Part shown: piece after piece, positions 30,054-38,805 of the stretch
Layout: every line of letters starts with the position of its first letter
Numbering within the stretch: the first letter of the stretch is position 1
Source: Nitrospinales bacterium
GTDB taxonomy: Bacteria > Nitrospinota > Nitrospinia > Nitrospinales > VA-1
Assembly: GCA_965223345.1 (NCBI GenBank)
Contig: CBDCWG010000012.1
Location: 640,001-704,000 of the forward strand
DNA length: 64,000 bases
Direction: 5' to 3'
Program-made: the position numbers and the translations under genes
Notes under the pieces: model-generated
Database searches by the model: none
Seen by the model: the letters and a program-made list of their open reading frames with translations, nothing else
Told to the model about the DNA's origin: nothing

Positions 30054-30983
30054 ATGCGGAACACAATTGTTTTTGCACTCGCTTTTGTCTTCGTCGTTGC
30101 AATCAACGATGCCGTGCACGCAGAAGGCGTTTACTTCTCAGGGCAAGGCGGAGTGACTTTCCTGGAGGATGCGGACAATAAGGGGGGCGGTGTTGTCATC
30201 GAAAGCAACACGAAAACAGGGTTCAACGCCGGCGGTGCCATCGGTTATAAATTTAATGAAAATTTTCGCGCCGAGGTGGAGGCATCCTACAAACGAAACG
30301 ATCTGGATACTCTGAGAGTCACCCAATCTCCGCTCGGGTTTGTTACCGGAACGCCTGTCGATACCGAAGGCGACATCACATCGAGATCGGTCTTAGCGAA
30401 TATTATCTGGGACTTTGTAAACAGTTCGCAGGTCACGCCCTATGTTATGGGCGGCGCCGGGATCGCTAACATCGACCTGAATGATGTCCGGGTGGGATCC
30501 ATTCTTTTTTCAGATGACGACGCCACGGTGTTCGCTTACCAGTTTGGCGGTGGTGTTGAAGTTGCGGCTTCGAAAACCGTGGGATTTTTTCTTGACTACA
30601 AGTTATTCGGGACATCGGATCCTGAACTCAAAGACAGCGCCGGATTTGATTTCGAATCCGAAGTATTCAGCCACAATATTTCAGCCGGAATCCGAATCTA
30701 TCTGTCCCCCCGAGAGAGAGTCGCGAAAAGAGGTTCCGCAGGCAAGACCCGGAGGGTTCGATCCGCCCCGCCGCCGCCAGCGCGGGAAGCGACGATCTAC
30801 CCCAGGCCCGGCGCAGACAGCGAACCCGGGGACTCCACGGCTTATTTCGTGAGAGAAACTCAAATGCAGAAAGACAAACGGGAATGTGCGGCGATCACGT
30901 TTCCCGAAGACGATCACATCCCGCCCTATTCCGCCAGGTTTCTTGCCTGCATGAAATCGCGCGGCTGGGTGCCGAAAAAATAA
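30054..30983 (+). CDS. Outer-membrane beta-barrel (OmpA/opacity-type) with C-terminal extension
   Basis: Signal peptide; GGAIGYKF, FRAEVE, TPYVMGGAG, FAYQFGGG, AGIRIYL; then about 90 extra aa. Confidence 0.85.
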   Translation: MRNTIVFALAFVFVVAINDAVHAEGVYFSGQGGVTFLEDADNKGGGVVIESNTKTGFNAGGAIGYKFNENFRAEVEASYKRNDLDTLRVTQSPLGFVTGTPVDTEGDITSRSVLANIIWDFVNSSQVTPYVMGGAGIANIDLNDVRVGSILFSDDDATVFAYQFGGGVEVAASKTVGFFLDYKLFGTSDPELKDSAGFDFESEVFSHNISAGIRIYLSPRERVAKRGSAGKTRRVRSAPPPPAREATIYPRPGADSEPGDSTAYFVRETQMQKDKRECAAITFPEDDHIPPYSARFLACMKSRGWVPKK

Positions 30984-30987
30984 CGGC

Positions 30988-31260
30988 TCACAATTTTTTC
31001 TCGATCCGCTCCAGCGTTTTGTTGATGTTCTTGATTTCGTTCTCGATCACGCCCACCTTCACGTCCAGTTCCCGGTACCACTGATTGTCCTGGTTCTTCA
31101 GTTCGATCATCTGATCGTACTTCTCCTTCAGCCTATTCACTTCTTCCTGCGATGCCCAGGGGAAGTCGCCGAACGCGGTGAGCAGGGCTCCCGCCATCAT
31201 CAGGGTCACCACGGTGGTGATGAACGGGACCGGAAATCCCAGGTCTATGAGTTTCTGCAT
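30988..31260 (-). CDS. Small membrane protein with coiled coil (phage-type)
   Basis: One TM helix then heptad-like IENEIKNINKTLERIEKKL; GGGAG RBS. Confidence 0.65.
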   Translation of the reverse strand: MQKLIDLGFPVPFITTVVTLMMAGALLTAFGDFPWASQEEVNRLKEKYDQMIELKNQDNQWYRELDVKVGVIENEIKNINKTLERIEKKL

Positions 31261-31271
31261 GGCTCCCCCTT

Positions 31272-32555
31272 TTATTTAGCCACCCAGCCGGTGTTGGTGC
31301 CGGTGCCGGTTTCCTTCATCCATAAAACTTTATTTCCTGTGCCGTTCGGCACGAAGGCCATCGCGCACGGGTCGGCGGTCACATCGCCGTTCGGGTCGCC
31401 GTCTCCCTCGAAAAAGTGAAAGGTGCATTTGCCGATCTGCCCGACCGTGTAAGAAGAAAGCGAACCGATGAAGCCGGTGCGCTGCACGCTGACGATGGAA
31501 CGATCGACGTGGTCCACAATGCGGTCGTAGCCGTTGGCGATGACGTTCTTCCAGCTGATTTCGGGATCGCCGCCGGACCCGGCAAACACTTTGATGACCG
31601 CTTCGTTGACTCCCGGCGTGGTTTTGTGCGCGAACAGTTCGTTGATCGATATCGTGAGGGCGTTGTCGCCCGCTGTGGGGTAGTAGCAGATCACGCAGTC
31701 GTGCAGCGTGGCGCCTGCGCCCTGCGCTTCGGTCTCCATGCCGTAAATCGCAAAGTTTCCGGGGCCGTTGGAGTTGTCGTCGATGCGGACGGGCTCGTTG
31801 CCGCTGTTGTCGAACTGGACCCCATACCACACGATGTTCGTGGTGCTCGACTGCGTTTCACGCGTGAACTTGAAGAAGTGGGTATCGCAACCGAACGCCG
31901 CGACGTTGAAGAGATACAGGTTGACGGCGTTTTTATCGATATCCAGACAGGTGCGCGGCGCATCGCGGAACTGCACGTTGATGAAAGCCGCGTTGCCGCC
32001 GGGTTTCTGCATGCGGACGATGTCGTAGTTTCCAACATTGTTCGCCTTGTTGCCATACAGGCCGAGGTTCATGAAGGTGACGTTGTGCGCCCAGTCGGTG
32101 AAGCCGTCGCGGTGATCGAACAGGTGGCGGTTGCAGTTGTCGCCCAACTCGATGATGGTGCCGCCGCCTCCGGTAGTCAAAGGAACGCCGGAGCCGTGAA
32201 AGCGGATGTTGCTGGTCAACTCCATCACATAGGTCTGGGATGGGGAAAGACCCTCACAGCTTTCCTTGAAGTTTCCCAACCCGAGATAAATGTCCCCGGC
32301 GGTGCGCTTCTGGCCACCGGCACCTTCTTCCTTAAGCCGGGCTTCGAGGCAGGCGCGCACGGTGAGCTTGGCGTTGTGCCAGTTGCTGCCGTCTTTGCCG
32401 TTGCTGCCCTGCTTGGAAACGTAGCAGCCCCAGTCGGAGACGGGCGGATCGCCGTACACAACGGTGCCGCCGGGGATGCCGTCCCCTTGCATGGACGCAA
32501 ACGCCGGTGCGGCGAAAAAGAACGAGATCCCTAAAAACAACACGATTTTTTTCAC
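31272..32555 (-). CDS. Tailspike/pectate-lyase-like beta-helix protein with signal peptide
   Basis: MKKIVLFLGISFFFAAPAFA; IYLGLGNF, IRFHGSG, VTFMNLGLYGNKANN; C-terminal GDPNGDVTADP...KETGTGTNTGWVAK. Confidence 0.7.
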   Translation of the reverse strand: MKKIVLFLGISFFFAAPAFASMQGDGIPGGTVVYGDPPVSDWGCYVSKQGSNGKDGSNWHNAKLTVRACLEARLKEEGAGGQKRTAGDIYLGLGNFKESCEGLSPSQTYVMELTSNIRFHGSGVPLTTGGGGTIIELGDNCNRHLFDHRDGFTDWAHNVTFMNLGLYGNKANNVGNYDIVRMQKPGGNAAFINVQFRDAPRTCLDIDKNAVNLYLFNVAAFGCDTHFFKFTRETQSSTTNIVWYGVQFDNSGNEPVRIDDNSNGPGNFAIYGMETEAQGAGATLHDCVICYYPTAGDNALTISINELFAHKTTPGVNEAVIKVFAGSGGDPEISWKNVIANGYDRIVDHVDRSIVSVQRTGFIGSLSSYTVGQIGKCTFHFFEGDGDPNGDVTADPCAMAFVPNGTGNKVLWMKETGTGTNTGWVAK

Positions 32556-32562
32556 GCTTCCC

Positions 32563-33936
32563 TCATGGAATGGTTGTCACAACCTTATTGTATTTCGTAC
32601 CCAGACACGAAGAAAAACTATTCGCTTCGGCCGTGGTCAATGCCGGGTCGAACAGGGCGATCTCGGCGATGCGCCCCTGCAGCTCGCGGCTGCCGGTGGC
32701 CCGGTTGCCGATATGAAAACCGGAGGTGCCGAACTCGTTGGCCCCGGCATCGCCGGAAGCCACCGGGCTGCCGCCGTTCTCGTAAATCGCCGAACTCACG
32801 CCGTTGGCGAGGAAGCGGGAAATGATCGGATCGTCAAACCCGGAATTGGTGTCGGTGATCGTGGTCCCGGCCTCAAAAGGCAGGTCGTCACCGGATACGG
32901 TTGGAATGCTGGACGGGCTGTTGTCGTTGTCGGCGAACAAACGCGGGAAATCCGAAGACGCGGTGCCCTCAACGTCCCAAACGATCCACAGATCCCAATC
33001 CTGCGAAGTCGCCGCAGCCAAGGTGGCCACCAGTTCCATGCCGGTGTCATCGCCGGGGAAATCGACCACTCCGCGGTTGTTGTAGTCCGCATCGGAAGCG
33101 ACAAAATCCGGTTTTTCCCCGGCCGTCGCCTGCACCGCGTGCGCGTCCTTGCCGCTTTTGTCCCACCACTGATCCACCTCCAGCGTGGACAGCGTGAAGT
33201 GGTTCGAATCAGCGGCTTCCAGCCAAAGTTGCAGCTTGACGTTGTGGTCCTGCGCCGAGCACGCATAATTTGCGGAGTTGCCGATCAGGTGCACCTGCGG
33301 GTTGTCGATGCGCCAGGTATCGCTCACATCCTCGGTCGTGAGTATCAGATCGCCCCAGGCCATGCCGGCCTTGCCGATGGCGGTTATGGATGAATCCGTC
33401 ACTCGCGCAATCTCAACGCCGTTCACATAGACGGCGATATTGTCGGCATCGCAGCGTATCTCGGCGCGGTCGCCATCGGTGGGCGTGCGGGCCACCCCCT
33501 GCATGAGCTTCGTCGGCGTGCCCGATACGATCTTGTACAGACTCACGTCCTTGTTTGCGCCGGTGAACCGGGCCCAATAGCCGTCCGTGTCGCCGGTGGT
33601 GCGGCAACCGATGAAAAAAGGATCGTCGGCGTCAGCGTCCACCGTCTTGAGATCCACGGCAAACCCGTAATTCGCATCGGTCGGCGCGGGAGACAAAGAA
33701 TAAACGATCCGGTCGTCCTCTTTCGCTTCCAGATTCCAGCCGATCTGCCGGGTGGGGTCGTGGTGGTCCAGCACCGGAACTTTGCCGCCGTTTTCACGCA
33801 GGGTCTTTTTGAACGCGCCGCGGTCCACGACGTCGCCGCCCTGATCGACATCTCCGAATGTCGAGGCGTAGCCGGTGAATTCGCCGGTGTCTCCCACCCG
33901 GTCCACTTTCAGCGGAAAGGATTTGATCTCCTTCAT
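32563..33936 (-). CDS. Chimera: N-terminal HK97 prohead protease fragment fused to LamG/ConA-like fibre domains
   Basis: FTGYASTFGDVDQGGDVVDRGAF..VPVLDHHD..IG..EDD, then unrelated sequence containing LQLWLEA..QWWDKSG..GRIAEIALFDPALT. Confidence 0.75.
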   Translation of the reverse strand: MKEIKSFPLKVDRVGDTGEFTGYASTFGDVDQGGDVVDRGAFKKTLRENGGKVPVLDHHDPTRQIGWNLEAKEDDRIVYSLSPAPTDANYGFAVDLKTVDADADDPFFIGCRTTGDTDGYWARFTGANKDVSLYKIVSGTPTKLMQGVARTPTDGDRAEIRCDADNIAVYVNGVEIARVTDSSITAIGKAGMAWGDLILTTEDVSDTWRIDNPQVHLIGNSANYACSAQDHNVKLQLWLEAADSNHFTLSTLEVDQWWDKSGKDAHAVQATAGEKPDFVASDADYNNRGVVDFPGDDTGMELVATLAAATSQDWDLWIVWDVEGTASSDFPRLFADNDNSPSSIPTVSGDDLPFEAGTTITDTNSGFDDPIISRFLANGVSSAIYENGGSPVASGDAGANEFGTSGFHIGNRATGSRELQGRIAEIALFDPALTTAEANSFSSCLGTKYNKVVTTIP

Positions 33937-35153
33937 GCGTTCTCCTTCTGGTTCGATCGTGCCTGCCCATCCGGGAACCCGGTTTGCAAGGTTCCCGGCA
34001 GCAACAGCACATCGCCGCCTTCGAGATCCTCGAACCCCACCAGGCGGCGTTTTTCATTCACCGTCAGGAACGAGCTCTGAGCCGCCCGCTTCCACAGCGA
34101 CTGCTGGTCGTCGGCGAGCGCTTCGATGCGGTCCTTGTCGTAATCCAGGTGCAGGTCGGGCCCGAAACGCGGCAGCAGCCGATGGTTCAGGGCATCGCGA
34201 AGCCGGTTGAGCGCCGGACAGACGACCTCGGTGTACAGGGCCTTGCGGGCTTCGCGACGATTCTGATAGGTCGCGGGTTGCAGGCCGATCAACTCCGGAG
34301 GCACGTTGTAGATCTGTGCGATCTGCAGTGCGCTGAAACGCACTCCTTCGATCCAGTCCATGTCCCGGGGATGGACGCCGAGCTCTTTCCAGTCGAGGTC
34401 CTGCTCCAGCAGCAGCGGTTCGCGGGCATTGGCAAGGCCCTGGATCTGATCGCGCATTTCCTTTTTCAAGCGCTCGAACTGTTCGTCGCTCAACCGTTCC
34501 TTCGCCACCAGCGCCCCGGAAGGCACGGCGGAATTGTTCAACAGGGCGGCGTTCCATTTGTCGCCGGAATTCATCTTGTCGATGGCCAGAGCCGCGACCT
34601 GAATGGGAGACAAACCGTACCAGTCGTCCAGCGGATGAAACAGCTTCAGATGGATCACCCGGCTGCGGGGATAGTTGACCTTCTGCCCGTTGACGCTGTA
34701 CTCGTAGCCCTCGATCAGCTGCAGCGGGTGCGGCAAGACGCGCATGCGGTCCGGCCGCAACGCGTAGAGCTCGCGCGGCGGCGTTTCTTCCGATCCCGCG
34801 CCCACCAGTTCCAGGTAGGTGTTTCCTGAAAGGTAGAGATAGGACAAAACCGATTCGAAAAATTCGAATTTGCCCTGCAGCGGGTTGGGCCGTTGCATCA
34901 GCCGCAGGACGGGATGCTGCCCGATTTCCCGGAGGCCGCCGTCCGGTGAGCGCTGGAACAGCTGCCAGCTGACGCCGGCGGCGGCTTCCGCGATCTCCTT
35001 GACGCAGGCGAACACCACGCTGTTCTGGGTGAACCCTTCGCGGGCCAGGGAAACGAAATCGCCTTTCGGCGCGATTCCCCGGTTCAGCGGAACGTAAAGG
35101 GTGAGCGCCCGATGGATGGCGGACTGCTTTTTAAACCAATCAAAAATTTTCAT
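33933..35153 (-). CDS. HK97-family phage portal protein
   Basis: NSVVFACV, RPNP, LSGNTY, LRPDRM, FHPLDDWYGLSP, YNVPPELIG, LTVNEKR. Confidence 0.95.
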   Translation of the reverse strand: MKIFDWFKKQSAIHRALTLYVPLNRGIAPKGDFVSLAREGFTQNSVVFACVKEIAEAAAGVSWQLFQRSPDGGLREIGQHPVLRLMQRPNPLQGKFEFFESVLSYLYLSGNTYLELVGAGSEETPPRELYALRPDRMRVLPHPLQLIEGYEYSVNGQKVNYPRSRVIHLKLFHPLDDWYGLSPIQVAALAIDKMNSGDKWNAALLNNSAVPSGALVAKERLSDEQFERLKKEMRDQIQGLANAREPLLLEQDLDWKELGVHPRDMDWIEGVRFSALQIAQIYNVPPELIGLQPATYQNRREARKALYTEVVCPALNRLRDALNHRLLPRFGPDLHLDYDKDRIEALADDQQSLWKRAAQSSFLTVNEKRRLVGFEDLEGGDVLLLPGTLQTGFPDGQARSNQKENA

Positions 35154-35205
35154 GTGTTTTCATTCTTGTCCCGATCCGGGCTGCGCATTGTCATCGAAGC
35201 AGTGT

Positions 35206-36813
35206 TCAACCGATCCTGCGGATGCGCGGACCGTCGAGCCCGCGCGAGATCAGCCCGAACAGCATTTCCAGAGCGTCGGGGCCGTCGTCGTGACTGGCCT
35301 TGGGGAAATATTTGAGCTGTTCCAAAAGCATGCGGTCCTGCCTTCTGAAACGGATGACCCCGTTTTTGATGTGGGGCTGCAATTTGGAAATCCGCAATAC
35401 CTTGTCGCCGTGCGGCCGGACCCCCTCGACAGGCAGGTACACACCGCGCTGGGCCGCTTCCCGGATCAGTTGATCCTTGAACAGCTCCTGAAACTGCACT
35501 TCCTCCACGGCGATGCGGCTGAAGTGAAACCGGCTGTGGTGATCGAGCAGGTCCTCAAGGATTTGATCGGGATGCCGCTTGCGGATGTCGGCTTCCAGGA
35601 CGTCGATGTGCCCGTCTTCCCGAACCGCCGCGAACACGATGGCGGACGGATCCGAGTGTTTTGACGCACCCCCCATCGAGGGATCGACCGCGCAGTAGAC
35701 CGGTTCCACCGTGTTTTCGCGGCAAACGAAAGGCGCCGTGTCCTCCCAATAGCGAAACCAGTCTTCCTGAAACAAACAATCCTGCGGGTTGATGGGCTCG
35801 TTCTGTTTTTCCGAGTCGAAAAAAGCGGGACCGTCCGAGACCCGCATTTTCATCAGGTAGTGGTAGTCCTCCACTTCCGGCCACAGGACCCGCGTTCCTG
35901 CCAGCATGGCTTGCGCATGATGTGAGAAAAACGCATCGGCTTTTTTTTCTGCATCGGCGGAACCCGGTTGGGAGAACAACGCCTCCCAGGTCTCCCATAA
36001 GGGGGAGTGAGACGGGGAAAGGATGGCCTGCCACTTTTTCCCCTGCCAGCCGGGCTGGGTGAGAAGCCGCGCGAGCAGGGAATCGTAGTGCAGCAGGGTG
36101 CCGATGACGATGAAGACGGTGCCGGCGGCGCCGCTTTTCATGACCGCTTTAAAAAACCATTTGCGATCCTTTTCCCGCTGTTCGGGAGAATCGATCTGCT
36201 CGTCGTTTTCCAGATCGTCCAGAATCATCAGATCCGGACGCCGGTTGCCGAACCGGGCGCCGCGCAGCCGCTTTCTCTTTCCCCAACAGGTGACTTTCAC
36301 CCCGTTGCGGGTGAGGATTTTTCCAACTTTCCAGGTGGAGCCTTCCCCGCAGACCGCCGGGAAATCCTCGCGCAGCCGCTCGTTGACTTCCAGTTCGGCT
36401 TTGATGGATTCCAGAAACTCTTCCGCCTGTTCGGTGGTGTCCGAAATCACGCCGATGAAACGGCGGTGCTTAAAGGCGATGCACCAGAGTGGCAGAATCA
36501 GGGTGGCCAGGGTCGATTTGGCATGGCCCCGGGGGGCGGCGTGCGCTTCCTTGCCTCCCTGCCCGGTGGCTTCCGCCGTGAGAATGAGGCGGCTGAACCG
36601 GGTGTAATGCGTCTCGTGCATGAGCGAGGGTTTCGCCGTGAGATGATGCGGGAAATAGGTCGTGGCGAAAAACCTCAGTTCGTTTTGCGAGCGGGCGATC
36701 CGCTCGTTTTTTTCCGGCTCCGAGCCGGGACCGAAGGGGGTGAGGGCTGCCTGGATGAGGCTGCGGATTTCCCAAAAGCCCCGTGCGAGCCGGCCTCGTT
36801 TGCTTGCAACCAT
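35206..36813 (-). CDS. Phage terminase large subunit
   Basis: APRGHAKST Walker A, RPDLMILDDLE Walker B, IGT, AVDPSMG nuclease motif, HDDGPDALEM. Confidence 0.95.
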   Translation of the reverse strand: MVASKRGRLARGFWEIRSLIQAALTPFGPGSEPEKNERIARSQNELRFFATTYFPHHLTAKPSLMHETHYTRFSRLILTAEATGQGGKEAHAAPRGHAKSTLATLILPLWCIAFKHRRFIGVISDTTEQAEEFLESIKAELEVNERLREDFPAVCGEGSTWKVGKILTRNGVKVTCWGKRKRLRGARFGNRRPDLMILDDLENDEQIDSPEQREKDRKWFFKAVMKSGAAGTVFIVIGTLLHYDSLLARLLTQPGWQGKKWQAILSPSHSPLWETWEALFSQPGSADAEKKADAFFSHHAQAMLAGTRVLWPEVEDYHYLMKMRVSDGPAFFDSEKQNEPINPQDCLFQEDWFRYWEDTAPFVCRENTVEPVYCAVDPSMGGASKHSDPSAIVFAAVREDGHIDVLEADIRKRHPDQILEDLLDHHSRFHFSRIAVEEVQFQELFKDQLIREAAQRGVYLPVEGVRPHGDKVLRISKLQPHIKNGVIRFRRQDRMLLEQLKYFPKASHDDGPDALEMLFGLISRGLDGPRIRRIG

Positions 36814-37166
36814 GTTTGCCTGACTTTTTCTGCGATCGCATCCAGGGACTCTCCCAGGGTTTCAGCTGCCTCGGTCTCTCCTTTCTCGATGAGTGTGGAC
36901 ACCGTGGCTTTCAAAAAATCGATCAAGAGGGCTTCGGGGTCGAGAGCGCGGGACTGCAGCCGGGCTTTATGGATGGCGATGATTTTGCCGACGTAGCTGC
37001 AGTAAACCCGGTGCGTCTGCAGGTGGTCCGGCGTCTGCCGGAGCTGCCGGTAGAGGCTGTTCTTGCCTTCGCAGAGCTCCGCCAGCACCCCTTCCAGGCT
37101 CTCATCGCCTGAGGTTTTCCGGGATCCCACTTGGTGAGGCCTCGTTGTTGTGCGGCTCGAATGCAT
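36675..37166 (-). CDS. Helical protein in the terminase small subunit position
   Basis: Immediately upstream of and overlapping terL; predicted helical; family not recognised. Confidence 0.5.
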   Translation of the reverse strand: MHSSRTTTRPHQVGSRKTSGDESLEGVLAELCEGKNSLYRQLRQTPDHLQTHRVYCSYVGKIIAIHKARLQSRALDPEALLIDFLKATVSTLIEKGETEAAETLGESLDAIAEKVRQTWLQANEAGSHGAFGKSAASSRQPSPPSVPARSRKKTSGSPARKTN

Positions 37167-37515
37167 CCTGAGTCAGGTTGGCGGCGGGGGTTTTCTCGAT
37201 GCGATAGAACCCGTCGCGCGGCACCCGCAAATAACGGGGATCCGGATCGGCGCAGGGACTCCCACGGGCAACGAACTCGAGCACGGCGCGATACACGCGA
37301 AAATCCACGGTGCCATCGCGATCGCGGTCATAACCGAAGACGATCTGCCGGGTGGGCAGCGTGGCGATCTCCACGATTTCCTCAAAGGAAGGCTCTCCCT
37401 CGAGAAAATCCGCATCCGCCATGCAGGGGTTCGGGCTGAACAGGACGAGCATGCTCTCCGCGTAGAGCAGCGCTTTCAAGCCGCGCTCGTAAATGGTGTG
37501 AAGAGAGGAAATCAT
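37102..37515 (-). CDS. Hypothetical protein
   Basis: 137-aa ORF in the operon; contains a YDRDRDGTVDF (EF-hand-like DxDxDG) motif. Confidence 0.55.
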   Translation of the reverse strand: MISSLHTIYERGLKALLYAESMLVLFSPNPCMADADFLEGEPSFEEIVEIATLPTRQIVFGYDRDRDGTVDFRVYRAVLEFVARGSPCADPDPRYLRVPRDGFYRIEKTPAANLTQDAFEPHNNEASPSGIPENLRR

Positions 37516-37528
37516 GACATCGCAATTT

Positions 37529-37819
37529 TCAGTAGCGGCAATCCTGTTGATTGATCCTGCGGATCACACACCAGTGTTTGAAGTTCACGGACTCGAGCCG
37601 GATCACATAGTTCCTGAGCGCCTGGTAGTCGGGGTTGCGCAGGCAGCGATCGCCGTTGCCGGGCCGTATCCAATGGATGTCCGGGAAGGGGCCCGCCGTG
37701 TAGGTCGGGAAACCGGCGCCGGTATCAGGAACGGTCCCGCAGCCAGGGCTCATCCACACGATCAGGATCCATGCCGTCGTCCTGACGGCCCTGCGAAAGT
37801 GCCTGGTGCATCCTTTCAT
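37529..37819 (-). CDS. Probable outer-membrane spanin (Rz1-like lipoprotein)
   Basis: Hydrophobic stretch + SPGC lipobox, Pro-rich mature part; overlaps the 3' end of the i-spanin in another frame. Confidence 0.6.
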   Translation of the reverse strand: MKGCTRHFRRAVRTTAWILIVWMSPGCGTVPDTGAGFPTYTAGPFPDIHWIRPGNGDRCLRNPDYQALRNYVIRLESVNFKHWCVIRRINQQDCRY

Positions 37820-37997
37820 CTTCGATCCTCGATCTGTCGTTGAGTTCCCGGTAGAGCGCTTCCTGTTCCGATTTGCGAGCGAGTTTTTCTTCGAGCTTCC
37901 CGGATCTTTTGGCCTGCCGCCACACCCACCAGCGTAAAAAGCCGCTCAGAACCGCCAACGCGGCGGCGATCCAGGCCAGAATGGCGACCACACTCAT
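37725..37997 (-). CDS. Probable inner-membrane spanin (Rz-like)
   Basis: N-terminal TM then charged coiled coil; follows endolysin and holin. Confidence 0.62.
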   Translation of the reverse strand: MSVVAILAWIAAALAVLSGFLRWWVWRQAKRSGKLEEKLARKSEQEALYRELNDRSRIEDERMHQALSQGRQDDGMDPDRVDEPWLRDRS

Positions 37998-38055
37998 GAT
38001 CCGTCTCCCACGCTGTGAAGATTTTCAATGAAGTTATTAAAAGTCCGTTCGGGCG

Positions 38056-38265
38056 CTAATCTGCGGAATGATGATTTTTATCGCCGTTTTTCGCATGTCC
38101 CCGGGAGAGGATATAGGTGATCACCGCGCCAATTCCGGCGGCCAGAAATTCGCTCCCCTGTTCGGTGAAACCGTACCCCAAAGCGGAGGCGATCGATGCG
38201 GCTACCGTGAGCCAAAACTCCGTGGTTTTGTACCCTGGGTTCTGCTTTTTTTCGATCAGAGGCAT
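38056..38265 (-). CDS. Probable holin
   Basis: 69 aa, PGYKTTEFW then two hydrophobic helices, YILSRG; next to the endolysin. Confidence 0.7.
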   Translation of the reverse strand: MPLIEKKQNPGYKTTEFWLTVAASIASALGYGFTEQGSEFLAAGIGAVITYILSRGHAKNGDKNHHSAD

Positions 38266-38312
38266 GGTTTTTTATCCTTTCTTTCGTTCAAACCGGCAGC
38301 GGATTTTAACGC

Positions 38313-38744
38313 TCATCCCGCTTTGCCGTTCGTATCCAGACTTGGAGAAGCTTTTTTTAATGAATGGTTTGTGGATGGCGATCCGGAATAAAGCCAGAGC
38401 CGGGATTGAGGTTTTTCAGGATCCGAATCCACGTGAATGAAATCACGGCCCAAACCGATCCGTGTGAACCCCGCATGGAGCAAGGCCCGCAAAAGCGAAA
38501 ACCGCTGCCCGGAGGATTCGCACTTAAGATCCGCAGCCCAGCCCCGGAGGTGAGAACTTGTGGTTTTGCCTCCGACGTTGCGGTTGTGCGTTTCACACCG
38601 GCAACCCGAATTCACGTGCAGGGGTCCGTGGTCCTTACGGGCCATTTGCAGACGATTCACCAATGCGTTTTGAATCGCGTCGAATCCACAGCCACACAAG
38701 CACGCAAATTCTGTACGCGAAAAATCCTTTGTGAGGTCTCCCAT
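38313..38744 (-). CDS. Peptidase M15A endolysin
   Basis: FSRTEFACLCGCG, VNSGCRC..HN..VGG..SSHLRGWAADL, FIHVD. Confidence 0.9.
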   Translation of the reverse strand: MGDLTKDFSRTEFACLCGCGFDAIQNALVNRLQMARKDHGPLHVNSGCRCETHNRNVGGKTTSSHLRGWAADLKCESSGQRFSLLRALLHAGFTRIGLGRDFIHVDSDPEKPQSRLWLYSGSPSTNHSLKKASPSLDTNGKAG

Positions 38745-38763
38745 CGATCGACTCGCTGCATGC

Positions 38764-38805
38764 AAAAGAAGGAAAAGAGCCGCGCCTCAAAGCGACGGCT
38801 CTTTC
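38764..38805 (-). terminator. Intrinsic terminator in the leader of the lysis/packaging operon
   Basis: Minus strand AAAGAGCCG...CGGCTCTTT stem followed by TCCTTCTTTT, about 20 nt before the endolysin ATG. Confidence 0.65.

Larger units (their letters stand above)
26282..38805. mobile_element. Phage-derived cluster without integrase (defective prophage or GTA-like element)
   Basis: Repressor, endolysin, holin, spanins, terminase, portal, partial prohead protease and fibre proteins; no integrase, capsid or tail tube genes and no att repeats seen; boundaries approximate. Confidence 0.8.

Noticed and set aside
26282..38805. Complete, active prophage
   Set aside because: No integrase, replication, major capsid, tail tube or tape-measure genes; the protease is truncated.
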